A DNA stretch of 58,786 nt, filler included, from Trypethelium eluteriae (taxonomy: Eukaryota): assembly GCA_051942245.1 (NCBI GenBank). It is 2 parts of 2 records of this genome, joined end to end, with 100 filler letters (N's around TTAATTAATTAA, not from the genome) between each part and the next. Parts side by side here need not be neighbours in the genome. Positions count along the whole stretch, not along the records: positions 1 to 29,355 come from JAVECL010000294.1; positions 29,456 to 58,786 come from JAVECL010000295.1. The stretch is one strand, 5' to 3'. Every line of letters starts with the position of its first letter. The first letter of the stretch is position 1. The notes under the pieces are model-generated. The model did no database searches and was not told where the DNA came from. It saw nothing but the letters and a program-made list of their open reading frames with translations. Shown here one piece after another: positions 22,765 through 34,146 of the stretch. The position numbers were made by a program, and so were the translations under genes.

Positions 22765-24498
22765 ATGAGGCGTACTAGAATCAGTCATTCGAAGAGTAGG
22801 GTAGGATGTCGCACTTGCAAGTGAGTTTCAGCAGCATTGATATGTATCAATACGTATTTACTGAATCCGAACAGAAAGAGAAAAGTGAAATGCGATGAGA
22901 GCAAGCCCTTCTGTACCCGTTGTGTGTCGAGTAATAGAATTTGCGAGGGATACGGTATCGTGGTAGACTTACCGAAGCGGCCGCCTTCCCATGAACTTGC
23001 TTCGGGAGAATCACGGCCGAAAATCCTACCGAAGCCCGCCCCCGTTTTGAAAAGTGTCCCACATCTTGACTACGGATACATAGAGTCACACACGTTCGAG
23101 TTCTTCAGGTTCCAGACTGTTCCAACGGTCGCAGGCATCCGGTCATCCAATTTTTGGCAAAATGTCGTCCTGCCAGCCTGTTATTCAGAGCCTGCTATCC
23201 TCCATGCTGCCATGACTCTTGCAAATGCAAGCCAATGGAACCAAAGTTATCGGGGAAAGAGCACTTGCGCTGAGGGCAATGCGATCCGGCTGGGAATGAT
23301 TAGGGGGTACAATAAAGCAATACATCACCTCAAGGCACACACTACGGCGTACGAGGACCGATCGTTCCTAAAGGTTACTCTCATTACTTGTATTCTTTTC
23401 GTAGCTCTCGAATTCAACAAGCGATGATGCACCTGAATGAGGGACGCCAGATACTATATCCTTTTACCTTAATTACTCCTTCGCCTATTGACAACGTCGG
23501 AAAGAAAGTCAGAGCAGTCACCTTATCACCTAATCCGCAATCCGTGGAGGACGAAATAATCGGGATGTTTGTTGATTTAGATATGCAATCGACATACTTT
23601 GGCTTCGAGAGACCACAGCTTAAACTAATCATCCACAAGAAGATTAGGAGCATTTGTCCGCCATTGTGTCCCAGACCTCTATCCTCGTTCAATCTTCCAG
23701 CCGAATTTTCTTCAATGCAAGAAGCAAACTGGTACTTGGTTATTCTCACCCACCTATGTCTAGATTTCATTGGCCAACGCGTTGAACTAGAATGGCACAC
23801 ACTTCAAAACACACATTCCAATCTACACCGCGAATATCTCTGCCAGTCTTAAGTGTTGGAGAGAGACATACAAGCAATACTGTGTGAAGGCTAGTGACGC
23901 CGAAAAGTCTGGCAGATCGTGGAAACGACAGTCAAGCTTGACGCTGATCCATCATGCCTGGTTGAATATTTGTGTGGGCACTTCCTATTTCGAAGTCGAA
24001 GAAACCGATTTTGACGCCTATCTCCTGGACTTCACTACAATCGTAGACCTTGCTTCTGATGCTCTGTCGGAGCAACAAATCCACATGAACCGTTTCACGC
24101 TGGAGTTCGGGATGGTTGCTCCGCTCTGGTGGACGACGATGAAATGTCGATACCCCCAAATACGTTGTAAAGCCCTTCATCTCCTAGGACAGGCTGGCCG
24201 TGAGGGGCTTTGGGATCCCTACTTGCTGGGTCAGATTGCACGTGAGTGCATTGATATAGAGTGGGGCATCGATAAAATTGACGGAGGCGGTCTTGCGGAG
24301 GCACTATCATTACATGAGAATGTATATTCCGGACAACTAGTCGAATTAAGACGGCGCGTTAGCGAAGCTACAGCATCCGATGACTACGAAGAGAACGGGG
24401 TGCTTGTAATAACATTCAAACGGAAGCTATGGACAAGTAACGGCGACTATGCTGGGAATGAAGAGATTATAAGGCGACTGCCATATGAAACGCAATAG
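22765..24498 (+). pseudogene. Zn(II)2Cys6 transcription factor with two frameshifts
   Basis: MRRTRISHSKSRVGCRTCK, intron 22821-22875, then KRKVKCDESKPFCTRCVSSNRICEGY and a fungal TF middle region (EPAILHA; KCRYPQIRCKALHLL..REGLWD). The frame jumps without splice sites at ~23412 (LEF/QAMMHL) and ~23850 (CQS/KCWRE). Confidence 0.78.
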
Positions 24499-24531
24499 AT
24501 TTGGGGATCACTTTCGTATACCTCTATTCAG

Positions 24532-24717
24532 TACCTTACGGCGGCTGGGGGGTTCCACAACTGGTAATTAATACAATGTTATTTCGACTTTACTGTTATG
24601 ACCTTTTTAATCCATGTTAATACCGGCTTAACATGGGCCAACATGGGCCAACACATTTAAACTGAGGTAACATTATGTTGATTATCAGTTGAGGAACCCC
24701 CCAGCCGCCGTAAGGTA
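24532..24717 (+). mobile_element. MITE copy 4
   Basis: TA-ccttacggcggctggggggttccacaactgg ... cagttgaggaaccccccagccgccgtaagg-TA, with an internal 10-bp duplication aacatgggcc. Confidence 0.9.
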
Positions 24718-25255
24718 TGAGTCTCTAATCTCAAAAGGTGGAAAACCGAAGTTCAACTTTCGAGATGACATTGTGACAGACTTCTGGGATATACCCCTTC
24801 AATGCCTGGTTACATAGCATTTGGCTGAGTCCCCTTCCTGTGCACTGCGGAAAGACATTTTCTAGCAGGTCATACCTGGAGCTTTATTACGTTCGACATT
24901 TGGAGCATGCGGCTTTGTTGATGACGCGTAGTAGGGACTGTTCGCATCACTGTTGGATAAGGTGGTCACATCTAAGCTTCAAGAGCAAGCGCTCGTTTCG
25001 GGCGTCTTCTATGCTCGATATTGCTTTGGGATCGACTAAGTCACCGACATGCGGCTACAATCAATGGTAGGACTTTCATGAGTTCGCACCTCCTTTCTTA
25101 AGTTCTATTGATATTGATATTGATATACATTGAATGAAACTATCTTCGAGATCCATTTAAACTCCTACACTGAGGACTTGTCAACCTTTTTCGAGAGTGT
25201 TCATGCCCGACCTTCGCTGTCTATTGTCCATTCTATGTTCCGTCGATGTTCAACT

Positions 25256-26077
25256 TCATGCACGAAGACCTTCAATCAAGTCTTTAGTGGGACAATCGCC
25301 GATAGTCCCATGAACGTGATACCAGCAAGCCTTCGTCATAGGGTCCTTCGGCTTGCGATTGAACATTAAGTCCTCGTCTATATTGAATTCCGAATAGTCG
25401 ACATCATCGTCAGCGTCCCAAGTATTCCATGCCCGAGTACTGTAAGAGACGGAGACATCGTACAGGAACTCGGCGCAAGCTTTCAGCAATTCGGGGTCAG
25501 GCTTCTGGTCGTGACGTCCTCTCTCGAAAACGACGTACGAGTCGACTGCGAGATCTCGCAACCTAGAGCCGTCCGGGAGATTCTCGTAAAGAAGCGGGAT
25601 GTGGGAAAGATTGATGTTACGGTGTAGCCCACTATGCACCAACTCACTGATGACTCGATCCTGCAAGGCATTGATCTGCAACTTGTCGGCCAGGATGAAA
25701 AGTCGAATGAGGGTCTCAACACAGTCTTCACAAGAATTAACATCTGTCTCAAAAGTTTCAGAATCGGAAAACCTGCCTTCTTCATAGTATTGGAAGTTTC
25801 CTGTGTACATCCATTGTACACAAAGTTCGAAAAGCTCTGGATCATCGGCGGGCAACGGAATGAAGTCATCCCCCGAGTTCATCCACTCTGGGCTGCAAGC
25901 TGCTTCGAAGTAAGGTGAAATCGAGCAGAATAGATCCTTGTGGACATGGAAGGTCTTCACATGATCACCGATACCAACCACGACCTTGATTGGCTCGCCA
26001 AGACCATGAAGGAGGAGTTTTTCGTGCCCTCTGCCGAGCCGGCACCTGACAGCGTTGATAGTATTCAAAGTCGTCAT
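25256..26077 (-). CDS. BTB/POZ domain protein (paralog 3)
   Basis: IKVVVG..KTFHVHKDLFCSISPYFEAAC..IPLPADDPELFELCVQWMYTG..LFILADKLQINALQDRVI..LYENLPDGSRLRDL. Confidence 0.85.
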   Translation of the reverse strand: MTTLNTINAVRCRLGRGHEKLLLHGLGEPIKVVVGIGDHVKTFHVHKDLFCSISPYFEAACSPEWMNSGDDFIPLPADDPELFELCVQWMYTGNFQYYEEGRFSDSETFETDVNSCEDCVETLIRLFILADKLQINALQDRVISELVHSGLHRNINLSHIPLLYENLPDGSRLRDLAVDSYVVFERGRHDQKPDPELLKACAEFLYDVSVSYSTRAWNTWDADDDVDYSEFNIDEDLMFNRKPKDPMTKACWYHVHGTIGDCPTKDLIEGLRA

Positions 26078-28121
26078 TTCGAAGAGTCAAGCGATCCGAG
26101 TAAGGATCGAGTTGAAGAGTAAATTGAGGAGGACGAAGGTTGCAACCAAAGTAGAAGTTGGTACCCTCAATCTCAACAAGCGGGGAGGATGAAAAAAAAA
26201 AGGGAAAAATCGGTGAAAGTGAATAGAACAAGCTTTTTATTGCTGCCTAGCGCACTTTTAGAGATCACATTGATATCGAAATCACGGTGTGACTTACGGA
26301 GGTAGCGGCAGGGTTGGTGATCAAGACTCACCCGAAAGGTGGTAATGACTTCTCCACACTGATAGCGATGCTCTGTGATATCTTTCACACACACACACAG
26401 GTGGAACAGTGTTCTTTGGAATATTGCTCTTGTCATTCTTGCGTGGCACAAAGGGCGACCCAACGCTATGCATTGCGCTTCGTGTCCTGCGATGATGTCC
26501 AGAGAGGCTATTGCAGTGCAGTTGCTGCATCGCCGAGTATCACATATATGATCTGCGAAGTCATCTTTCCGTCCATAAACTCTTCGGTCGGAGCGCCTGG
26601 ACGAATCGCGAGTGCGGAAATGATACTCAATTCATTCAATATAGATCTAGGCTAAGCAACAAGTACACTTCCAGAACTTGCATAACTCGCAATGGCTCTC
26701 GAACTCTTGGGCCGGGATCTTTGGTGTTCTGTAACTGTGTCGATACCTTAAAGGGCATTCACGTGCCTGGCTTTTATTGACATATTCCCGTCTCCTCATT
26801 ATGTACACCTGAAAGGCGCATGCTTTGAGACGTTCCGACATCTGGCGCTAAGGATTCTGGGCAAGCGGCACTTTAGCACCTTCTCGAAATACGTATCGTT
26901 GAATGTTCTTCAAATTCTTTCCTAGATTGTCATTTTCTGGCAGTAATAGCATTTCCAAACACAGTAGGTCACAAGCGCTTTTATAAACAAGTCGCAAGGC
27001 ATCTTCGCTTTCCGGCAATCAGGACAAACTGCGAAGTGTTTGCGGCACTCTCTGGGGTTTTCGCCTTCTGCTCCCGAATTATCTCGCGGACTTGGCAATA
27101 TTAGCAGAAGCCGAGCTGGGGACTACCTGGCAGATACGCCTACCCGGTTCGCGTTGCTGGAAATTGAAGCTTCTTCGTTCGCAGTAGCAATCTGCCGAGA
27201 AGGATCATCTGCTCTCTTCATCATGGCGCGTCTTGTCTTTCACCCAGAATCTTGAGAGAGAGAAAACTAGTGGCACTGGACAGGTGCTTTGGCGCAGTCC
27301 TGGCTATACTTCGCCTCTTACTCTACGGGCTTTGCGGCAACGGCTGTTGAAAGGCAGTACTTAGCATTGGGGTTCTTGGCCCGTGGTTGTTAGATACTCT
27401 ACCACCTTATTTGCACTAGCGCATATTCGACATAATCTCGTTCTGAGAACCTAGACTTTTCATCAAACAACCTCTCGTTCGGTTCACCTCAACTCCAACA
27501 ACGGCAACAGCGCCAAAATATGCATTTCCGCTGCTGTTTAGCCATGGCTTCCAGGTTGCAACACCTTCACTGTCAATTCCAGCAGAGGACACTCTCGGTA
27601 TAGCTCTTGATATGCTCAGAGTACTCTGAGGTACGAGTTTTTCATTGACATGAGATATACTTAATCTCCGGTCGTAAGCACTATGGAAGAGTCGATGGTA
27701 GTTTCGTCCATGTCGATTTATGACCGAGCGTAGCACCCACTCTGTGTCCTTTGGTCGAATCGCAGTTTATGCCTTGTGTCATAGGTCCTTCGTAATCAGG
27801 CTCAGCTTCGTACACTGGATCCTAGTGGTGAAGCACAGTCATGCGAAAAAGGTGTCAGTTCGCTGGCGCGAGAAAATTGCTGAGGGTTGCCCGGACACTT
27901 TTATGCTAGTACTGCAGTCTTCTATTTTTCAATGGAGCAAGATGTCTACAACTACATCATTACCAAAAGATCACTCACCTCCCGGAACTCGTGTTTGTCA
28001 TGAGGAACATCTATTGTGAGAATCTCGAAGATATCAATCACCATCGTTAGATGTACAAGAAGAAATTCTGGGAGTAGTCTTTCGAGCTACTCTCAAGATA
28101 CCATGCATCTCATCTGTTCGC

Positions 28122-28655
28122 CTACCCTCTGTATTCTGGTCTCACTCCAACGTCTCCCTCCTGCCTAACATCGAATTGGTCCTCATAGCTAGGGATGAGA
28201 ACATCCCACTTCTCGTCTCCCACACCACCGATATCTGACCAGTCATCGGCGTCTCCGTTTTTGAACTTAAACGCCAAGCACCCCCCATTCTTGAAGCCCG
28301 CACCCTGCATGCAATCCGTCGCCGTTCCTGTTTTACCCTTGCCTTTGCCTTTACCTTTACCCTTCTTGGGTTCTCCGTCCTCATCGTCATCCACAAATGC
28401 AGCATCATTGTCGATGCCAGTCCAACCGGCATTTGCATCCATGGGATCGTTCGGCCGCGCCAATAGTATATCCTCAAACTCCAAAGGTAGAGAGGTGCCG
28501 TTGATGCCGTCGGGATGTGATTCTTGCAGCGCACGGAGAAGCTCCGCTTTGATGCTCGAAAATGATTGTGTGGGATCTAAATGTAGAAGTACGGTGGTCT
28601 TATGGCACTTGAAACGAATGGTCCAGGTTAATGGAGATGGTGTAATAGGTGCCAT
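28122..28655 (-). CDS. Hypothetical protein (possible ubiquitin-like fold)
   Basis: 177-aa ORF from ATG 28655. WTIRFKCHKTTVLLHLDPTQSFSSIKAELLRAL resembles a beta-beta-alpha ubiquitin-like start; acidic and KG-repeat loop. Confidence 0.7.
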   Translation of the reverse strand: MAPITPSPLTWTIRFKCHKTTVLLHLDPTQSFSSIKAELLRALQESHPDGINGTSLPLEFEDILLARPNDPMDANAGWTGIDNDAAFVDDDEDGEPKKGKGKGKGKGKTGTATDCMQGAGFKNGGCLAFKFKNGDADDWSDIGGVGDEKWDVLIPSYEDQFDVRQEGDVGVRPEYRG

Positions 28656-29355
28656 GGTAGACGTCTGATTAACAGTCGAATAGGTTCCGAGCAGATTACA
28701 GCGCAAAGTCAAAGAATATAATCGACGGACCTGTCCTTTACTGCTAGTGACAGGGAACGAGAGAAGAGGACTTAAAGTCGTAATTCCAGAGTTTCGGATG
28801 GGGGAACATAAATTTTCGTGAAAATTTTAGAGCTCTCAAGAGGACTGTTTCACCAGCTTCACACGCCCTGGCATCTCAAGGAATGATTATGAAGGCAAGG
28901 TGGTTATGAGAATCGTATGAAATTCAGTTCGTTTGCAGCGGTCCACCAGGGCTTGTGATTGTCGTGAGAATTTTAGTATGTGGGTCCCAGTGATTGGACC
29001 GTTGTTGTTGTCGTCTACCTAGATAATCGATACGCTGCTGCCTAGACCCGCCTTCGAATGCGTTTTGCGTCAATTTTGTGTCACCGTATCCAATGGTTGA
29101 AAGTCATTGAGTTTCATGCTTGCGGAACCAAGTCCGCTCTCGGAAATTGCTCCACTCTAAACTCATAACACCAAACAAACTTCAATCTCAAAGCCTCCAC
29201 CTTTTAACCTCCATACAATGCATTCACAATTCCCTTTCCAATAACAAGAGCTATTCCGTATGGTCCTCTCTCTTCTCTCTCCACCTATAACCTACCTTCA
29301 GCCAAATCCGCGCGCCCACTATGACGACCACAGCTTCCCTCGCATCTTCCAACAC

Positions 29356-29455
29356 NNNNNNNNNNNNNNNNNNNNNNNNNNNNNNNNNNNNNNNNNNNNT
29401 TAATTAATTAANNNNNNNNNNNNNNNNNNNNNNNNNNNNNNNNNNNNNNNNNNNN
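29356..29455. other. Assembly gap: 44 N + TTAATTAATTAA + 44 N (artificial six-frame stop linker)
   Basis: Exactly 100 nt with a palindromic all-frame stop 12-mer at 29400-29411. Confidence 0.95.
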
Positions 29456-30479
29456 CGTACGCCCGCCCCCCAATCACCTCTACCTCCTGCATACCTGCTC
29501 ATGCTAGTATACTTCCGACACCTGCAGACTCTTCAATGCTCTAAGGTTACTTTAGATTCCCCAAGGAGAAAGGCATGATCGGTCCGGAGGCACTTCGCGC
29601 GGCTCACTCTAAATACCGATGTTCGACGGAAGACAATGGTCATCGACAAGACCCACCTGCACAAGGAATCCCTATTGCAAAAGTCGATAGAAGATGCAGC
29701 AGATGGCGTCGCTCTGCCTCCCGTGCAAAGACACGGCCCAATCTGCGCAGTACCCATGTTGGCGCAAAGCGAGAGACAGCCCAATAATGCCTTGATCCAG
29801 GCCATGCATTCTCATCAGGGCGAGGAAACTGCAGCTCTTTCCTCTAGGGAAACGAGAATTCGTCCGTGAACGCTAAGCGAAGAGAAGAAAGTTAGAGTCT
29901 ACTTGCTGTAGTACCTTTGGCACAGACTTCAGCCTTAGATCGACGTCATGATCTATACAGCTTTTATGCGCGGCCGATGTAAAGATACAATGCTAGCCAA
30001 TGGGATAACGCAGCCGGCGTCATCGGTGAAAAAGCCACCCGCTTTCTCGGCGTCCCTACTAACCACCAAACGCCGTAGCACGGCATCCTTTGATGATTTT
30101 TGAATACCTTAGTCATGGTTCATCAGCAGATAGCATTTTGCCGTCTGGCTGTAACATGCATCTAGGTTCCATATTTACATGGGCTATCTGCATGGTCTTT
30201 GCAGAATGGTCCTCTCTGGTCTGACGCAGAACAGCAGATCCCCTCATTCTTGCCCAGTTGATCTGGAAGGCTAGATGTGGATATTCGGATTTAGCTGCAG
30301 TAGAAAACGATTCACGCGAGCACCGAAGTACCGAAAATGCCCTCGATCAAGTGTATAAATAGCGGCGTGAGGTCCTGTGTGGAGGTATTGTCTAAGTATC
30401 ATTCGATAATTTCTCTAAGTTTCTTTAAGAATCTCCTGAGCAACAACCGTCAATTTCCTACAGACATCTGATTTCCACA

Positions 30480-31902
30480 ATGGGAAGCGTTCCGAATGAG
30501 ACTAAAGATATCAGTCCTCACGACACTGCATACAGCGTTGCTGTTGTAGGAGGTGGGATCGGTGGTTTGTGCCTTGCTATTGGTCTCATGAAACATAAAC
30601 ACATCGACGTTCAGATCTATGAAGCTGCGCCTTCTTTTGGGGAGATCGGGGCTGGCATCAGCATTGGCCCAAACGCACAGCGGGCATTGGAGCTCATCGC
30701 GCCTGGAGCTGCCCAGGCGTTCAAAGACCGGGCAACTCCAAACTTGTGGACCAGTCACGCCAACACGTTTTCGCATTTCTGGTCGGTATGTTGAATTGCA
30801 GAGCCAGCTCAAAAAAGAGAAGAGGTACAGTGAATTGATGGCTGACAATCTCCAGTGCTATGGAGACGCCTCAGGCCAGCTGATCGCAGAGCAAAGGAAT
30901 CGCAGCGGTATGCAATCCGTACATCGCGCTCGCTTCCTGGATGGGCTAGTCACCCTGATACCTCCCCAACGTGCCCACTTCGGCAAACGTCTGATTAAGC
31001 TCGAGCATAACGAGACAGAGGAAGTGGGCTGTGTGATGCATTTCAAAGATGGGACGAGTGCATCAGCCGATGCGGTCATCGGTGCAGATGGTATCCATAG
31101 CGCCGTACGCAAATACCTCCTGGGCGAGAATCATCCAGCAACCAATCCACAATTTACCGGCACTGCCGCCTACAGGGGGATTGTTTCGATGGACGCTGCT
31201 GTCGAGCGACTGGGCCCTGAGTTTGCTCAAAACGCAGTAGTCTTATGCGGCCCGGGGGCTGCAATCATGGGTTATCCTATCGAACATGGTGAGCTTTTGA
31301 ACATTGTGGTGATGGATTTTGAGGCTGGCGATACTTGGCCACATGAAAAATGGATTGTGCCGGCAGACTACAAGTTCCTTCAGGAGAAGATAAAGGGTTG
31401 GTGGGATCCGGCCCAAGGAATGATTGAAGTAAGTCTGGCACACCTCTCCTCAATAGCCCGCTAATAGCTCGAACAGCTCATCAACACCCCAGACCTTGCT
31501 ACATGGGGAATGTTTGACTCCCCTCCCGCACCCTATTACAATAAGGGACCAGTAGCTATCATGGGGGATGCCGCCCATGCTACTACCCCTTACCAAGGCC
31601 AAGGCGCTGCACAAGCTGTCGAGGATGCTTTAGTGCTTGAGACCCTTTTTGGGAATTGCAAGACGGCTGACCAGATTCCAATCGCTCTGACTGCTTACAA
31701 TCAGGTTCGGCTACCGCGATCCCAAAGAACGGTGACCACCAGTAGAGAGTCGGGTCAATTGCTGGGCATGAAGCTGCCGGGAGTTGGAAGCGATGTTAAG
31801 AAAATGAAGAGCAAATTTGAAACCCGTATGCATTGGTTGTGGAACCGGGATTTGGTTTCGCAGAGTCTGGCAGCTGTACGTCTATTTGAGGAAGCTTTGT
31901 AG
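30480..31902 (+). CDS. FAD-dependent monooxygenase, salicylate hydroxylase-like
   Basis: VAVVGGGIGGL, EIGAGI, VHRARFL, VIGADGIHSAVR and MGDAAHATTPYQGQGAAQAVED. Introns 30786-30855 and 31429-31476. Confidence 0.92.
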
Positions 31903-32780
31903 TGCTGTCTCGACGTTGCACCGAGTGCGAGAGAAAATCGGGCGTCCACCTTTTGCAGGAATCGAGGCAGATGAGTAGGAGAGCTTAACACGGTTCATGC
32001 AAGATTTTTGTACGCATAACCAGTTGCGTAGAATTCGCTCACACCGATTGAAAATTCTGTCAAGGACTGGCATGATTATACATCTCGTTCTCGCGATGAC
32101 GGCTGGATAGTGCATGCTAGCACAAAGTCGTCTTTGTCAAGTCTCGACGGAGCTCGCCCATCTTATCTCAATCAATATAGTACTTGCACTTGTTCTCTTT
32201 TGAAACACGACGAGATTTGCCTTCAGTCCGGAGACTTCTCGTGAACTCAGCTAGGTGCATTGTGCCACGTTTGAAGGTCCGACAGCTGCGAAGCTAAGAG
32301 GAGACATTTGTACAAGTGGTACAGGTCCACGCATTTCCTCTACCATCTCCCTAACGAGCAACCCACAGCACCCTAGCTGTGCCAGTGGTTCTTGTATCCG
32401 ATGTTTTGAATATGCATTCCTCGCGCGTTTGGACACTCTGAACTATGGTTTGTCACATTCCTCAATATTTTTGTTTGTCACATTCCTTGAGTCGTTCGGA
32501 TTTATGCAAATAACGCGTCTATAAGCGCAGCTTAAGTCTCTTTGAGCCTCCAGTCCTCCTCAGACACGCTATATCATTGCGAAGCTCTGATTTCTGGCGC
32601 TTATCTGCGAGGACTAGAAGGCACCCTGCCGAGTCGGTACATACATTCCATTGCTCTGTTGAAGAGGTCACTCGTTCCACATTTCGTTAGGAACAACTTT
32701 CGTTACAAAACATCTCTTCCAGACGGACAAGCTAGTTTTCTGCGGTGCAGTGATACCATACACTACGAGCTTCGACCACC

Positions 32781-34146
32781 ATGTCCTTGCAAAGGTTGCT
32801 GGCCTTTGCTAGCTTTGCTATGCTAGCAAGTGCGCAAACGACAGCAAGTCCAACGTTTGCCTGCCCGGCAAACAATGGGCAAATGGTCACAGATCCATCA
32901 GGGGCCCAGTACCTCCTCGGCTGCGGCAACGATAGCAGCGGTGGCTCCAACGGAGCTGATCCTGCAAACAGCTTCGATGATTGTTTTGCTCTGTGTGATA
33001 ACGCACCTGGATGCAATGCCTGGGTTTTTGCAGGCGGGCCAAATGGCATAGGACCGGGAAATTGCTATATCAAGATCAGTGCCATTCATCCCAGTACCAT
33101 AGCTGGTAACACAAATCTTGTTGCTGGTATTAAGTACGACAGAGTCTTTTCACCGCAACTTTCATTTATAGAACTAATCAAATCTGTAGGTACCTCTCTA
33201 CGACATTGGCGACCTCGACGAGTCCCACGACTTCGGCGAGTCCAACGAATGGGCCGCAGTATATAACTGTGACAGCCACCAGTATCCAGCAGACAACTAT
33301 CGTTTCAACTGCTTCTGCTAGTACAGTCACAGCTACATCTACGCAACATGATACAGCCACAGCCACAGCGACGAGCACCCAGCAGACAATCATCGTGTCT
33401 ACTGCACCAGGTGGTACAGTCACAGCGACGGCGACAAGCATTCAGCAGACGATTGTTGTGTCTACTGCGCCTGGTGGTACCGTGACAGCGACCGCGACAA
33501 CCTCTAACATGCTCACGGCGACGGTGACGGCTACTGCAACTCAATCAACTACTACGACGGTAACAGGTAAGTGCTTCTCATTTCTATAAGACTGGATTAC
33601 GCCAGTGTTGCTATGGAAATAGTCCAAGAAGACCGATATCTGATCATGGTGTTCTGGATAGTGACAGCAACGACGTCAGTCGTAAATGTAAGTACTTGCT
33701 ATCTCAGTGGGACTGCTACAGCATGCGGTGCGATTCCCACACCTGCGGCATCTTCGACTTCCACGAGCTCTTCGACTTCCACAAGCTCTTCGACTTCCAT
33801 AAACTCTTCGACAACATCGACTTCGTCATCTAGTGAATCACCTTCATCGAGCACGCCATCGTCCACAATCACATCATCCAGCTCCAGTCTGTCTAGCTCC
33901 ACATCATCAGAGACTACGAGCTCCAGCGCCAGTTCTAGCTCTTCCTCAAGCTCTTCATCAAGTTCGTCTTCTGCTACGAGCTCGTCGATCAGCAGTTCCG
34001 CCTCATCATCTCTGTCTAGCTCCTCTTCGAGTACGGCATCCTCTCGGAGCAGCTCACTTTCCTCGCCAGCCACTACCTCGAACTCGAGCAATTGTCCTCC
34101 TCCTGTCACTATCACCGTGACATACACACCTTCTGCAACGCCGTGA
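32781..34146 (+). CDS. Secreted protein with PAN/Apple-like Cys domain and Thr/Ser-rich repeat stalk
   Basis: Signal peptide, then C..C..SFDDCFALCDNAPGCNAWVF..CYIK, Thr-rich repeats and a Ser-rich tail. Introns ~33134-33189 and ~33567-33661. Confidence 0.75.
33266..33545 (+). repeat. Coding tandem repeats of about 60 nt (TVTATATSxQQTIxVSTAPGG)
   Basis: Repeated cagcagac(a/g)at..gtgtctactgc.cc.ggtggtac.gt.acagcgac units. Confidence 0.7.

Noticed and set aside
8861..24498. Complete secondary-metabolite gene cluster
   Set aside because: No backbone enzyme (PKS, NRPS, terpene or isocyanide synthase) or transporter was recognised in the window.
4111..24717. Repeats considered as CRISPR repeats or LTRs
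   Set aside because: Eukaryotic context; they are dispersed, in both orientations, with TIRs and TA flanks, which fits a MITE.
29400..29411. TTAATTAATTAA palindrome as a biological site
   Set aside because: It is centred in an N-run and is an assembly linker.
33699..34127. Acidic 142-aa minus-strand ORF
   Set aside because: Antisense of the Ser-rich tail.
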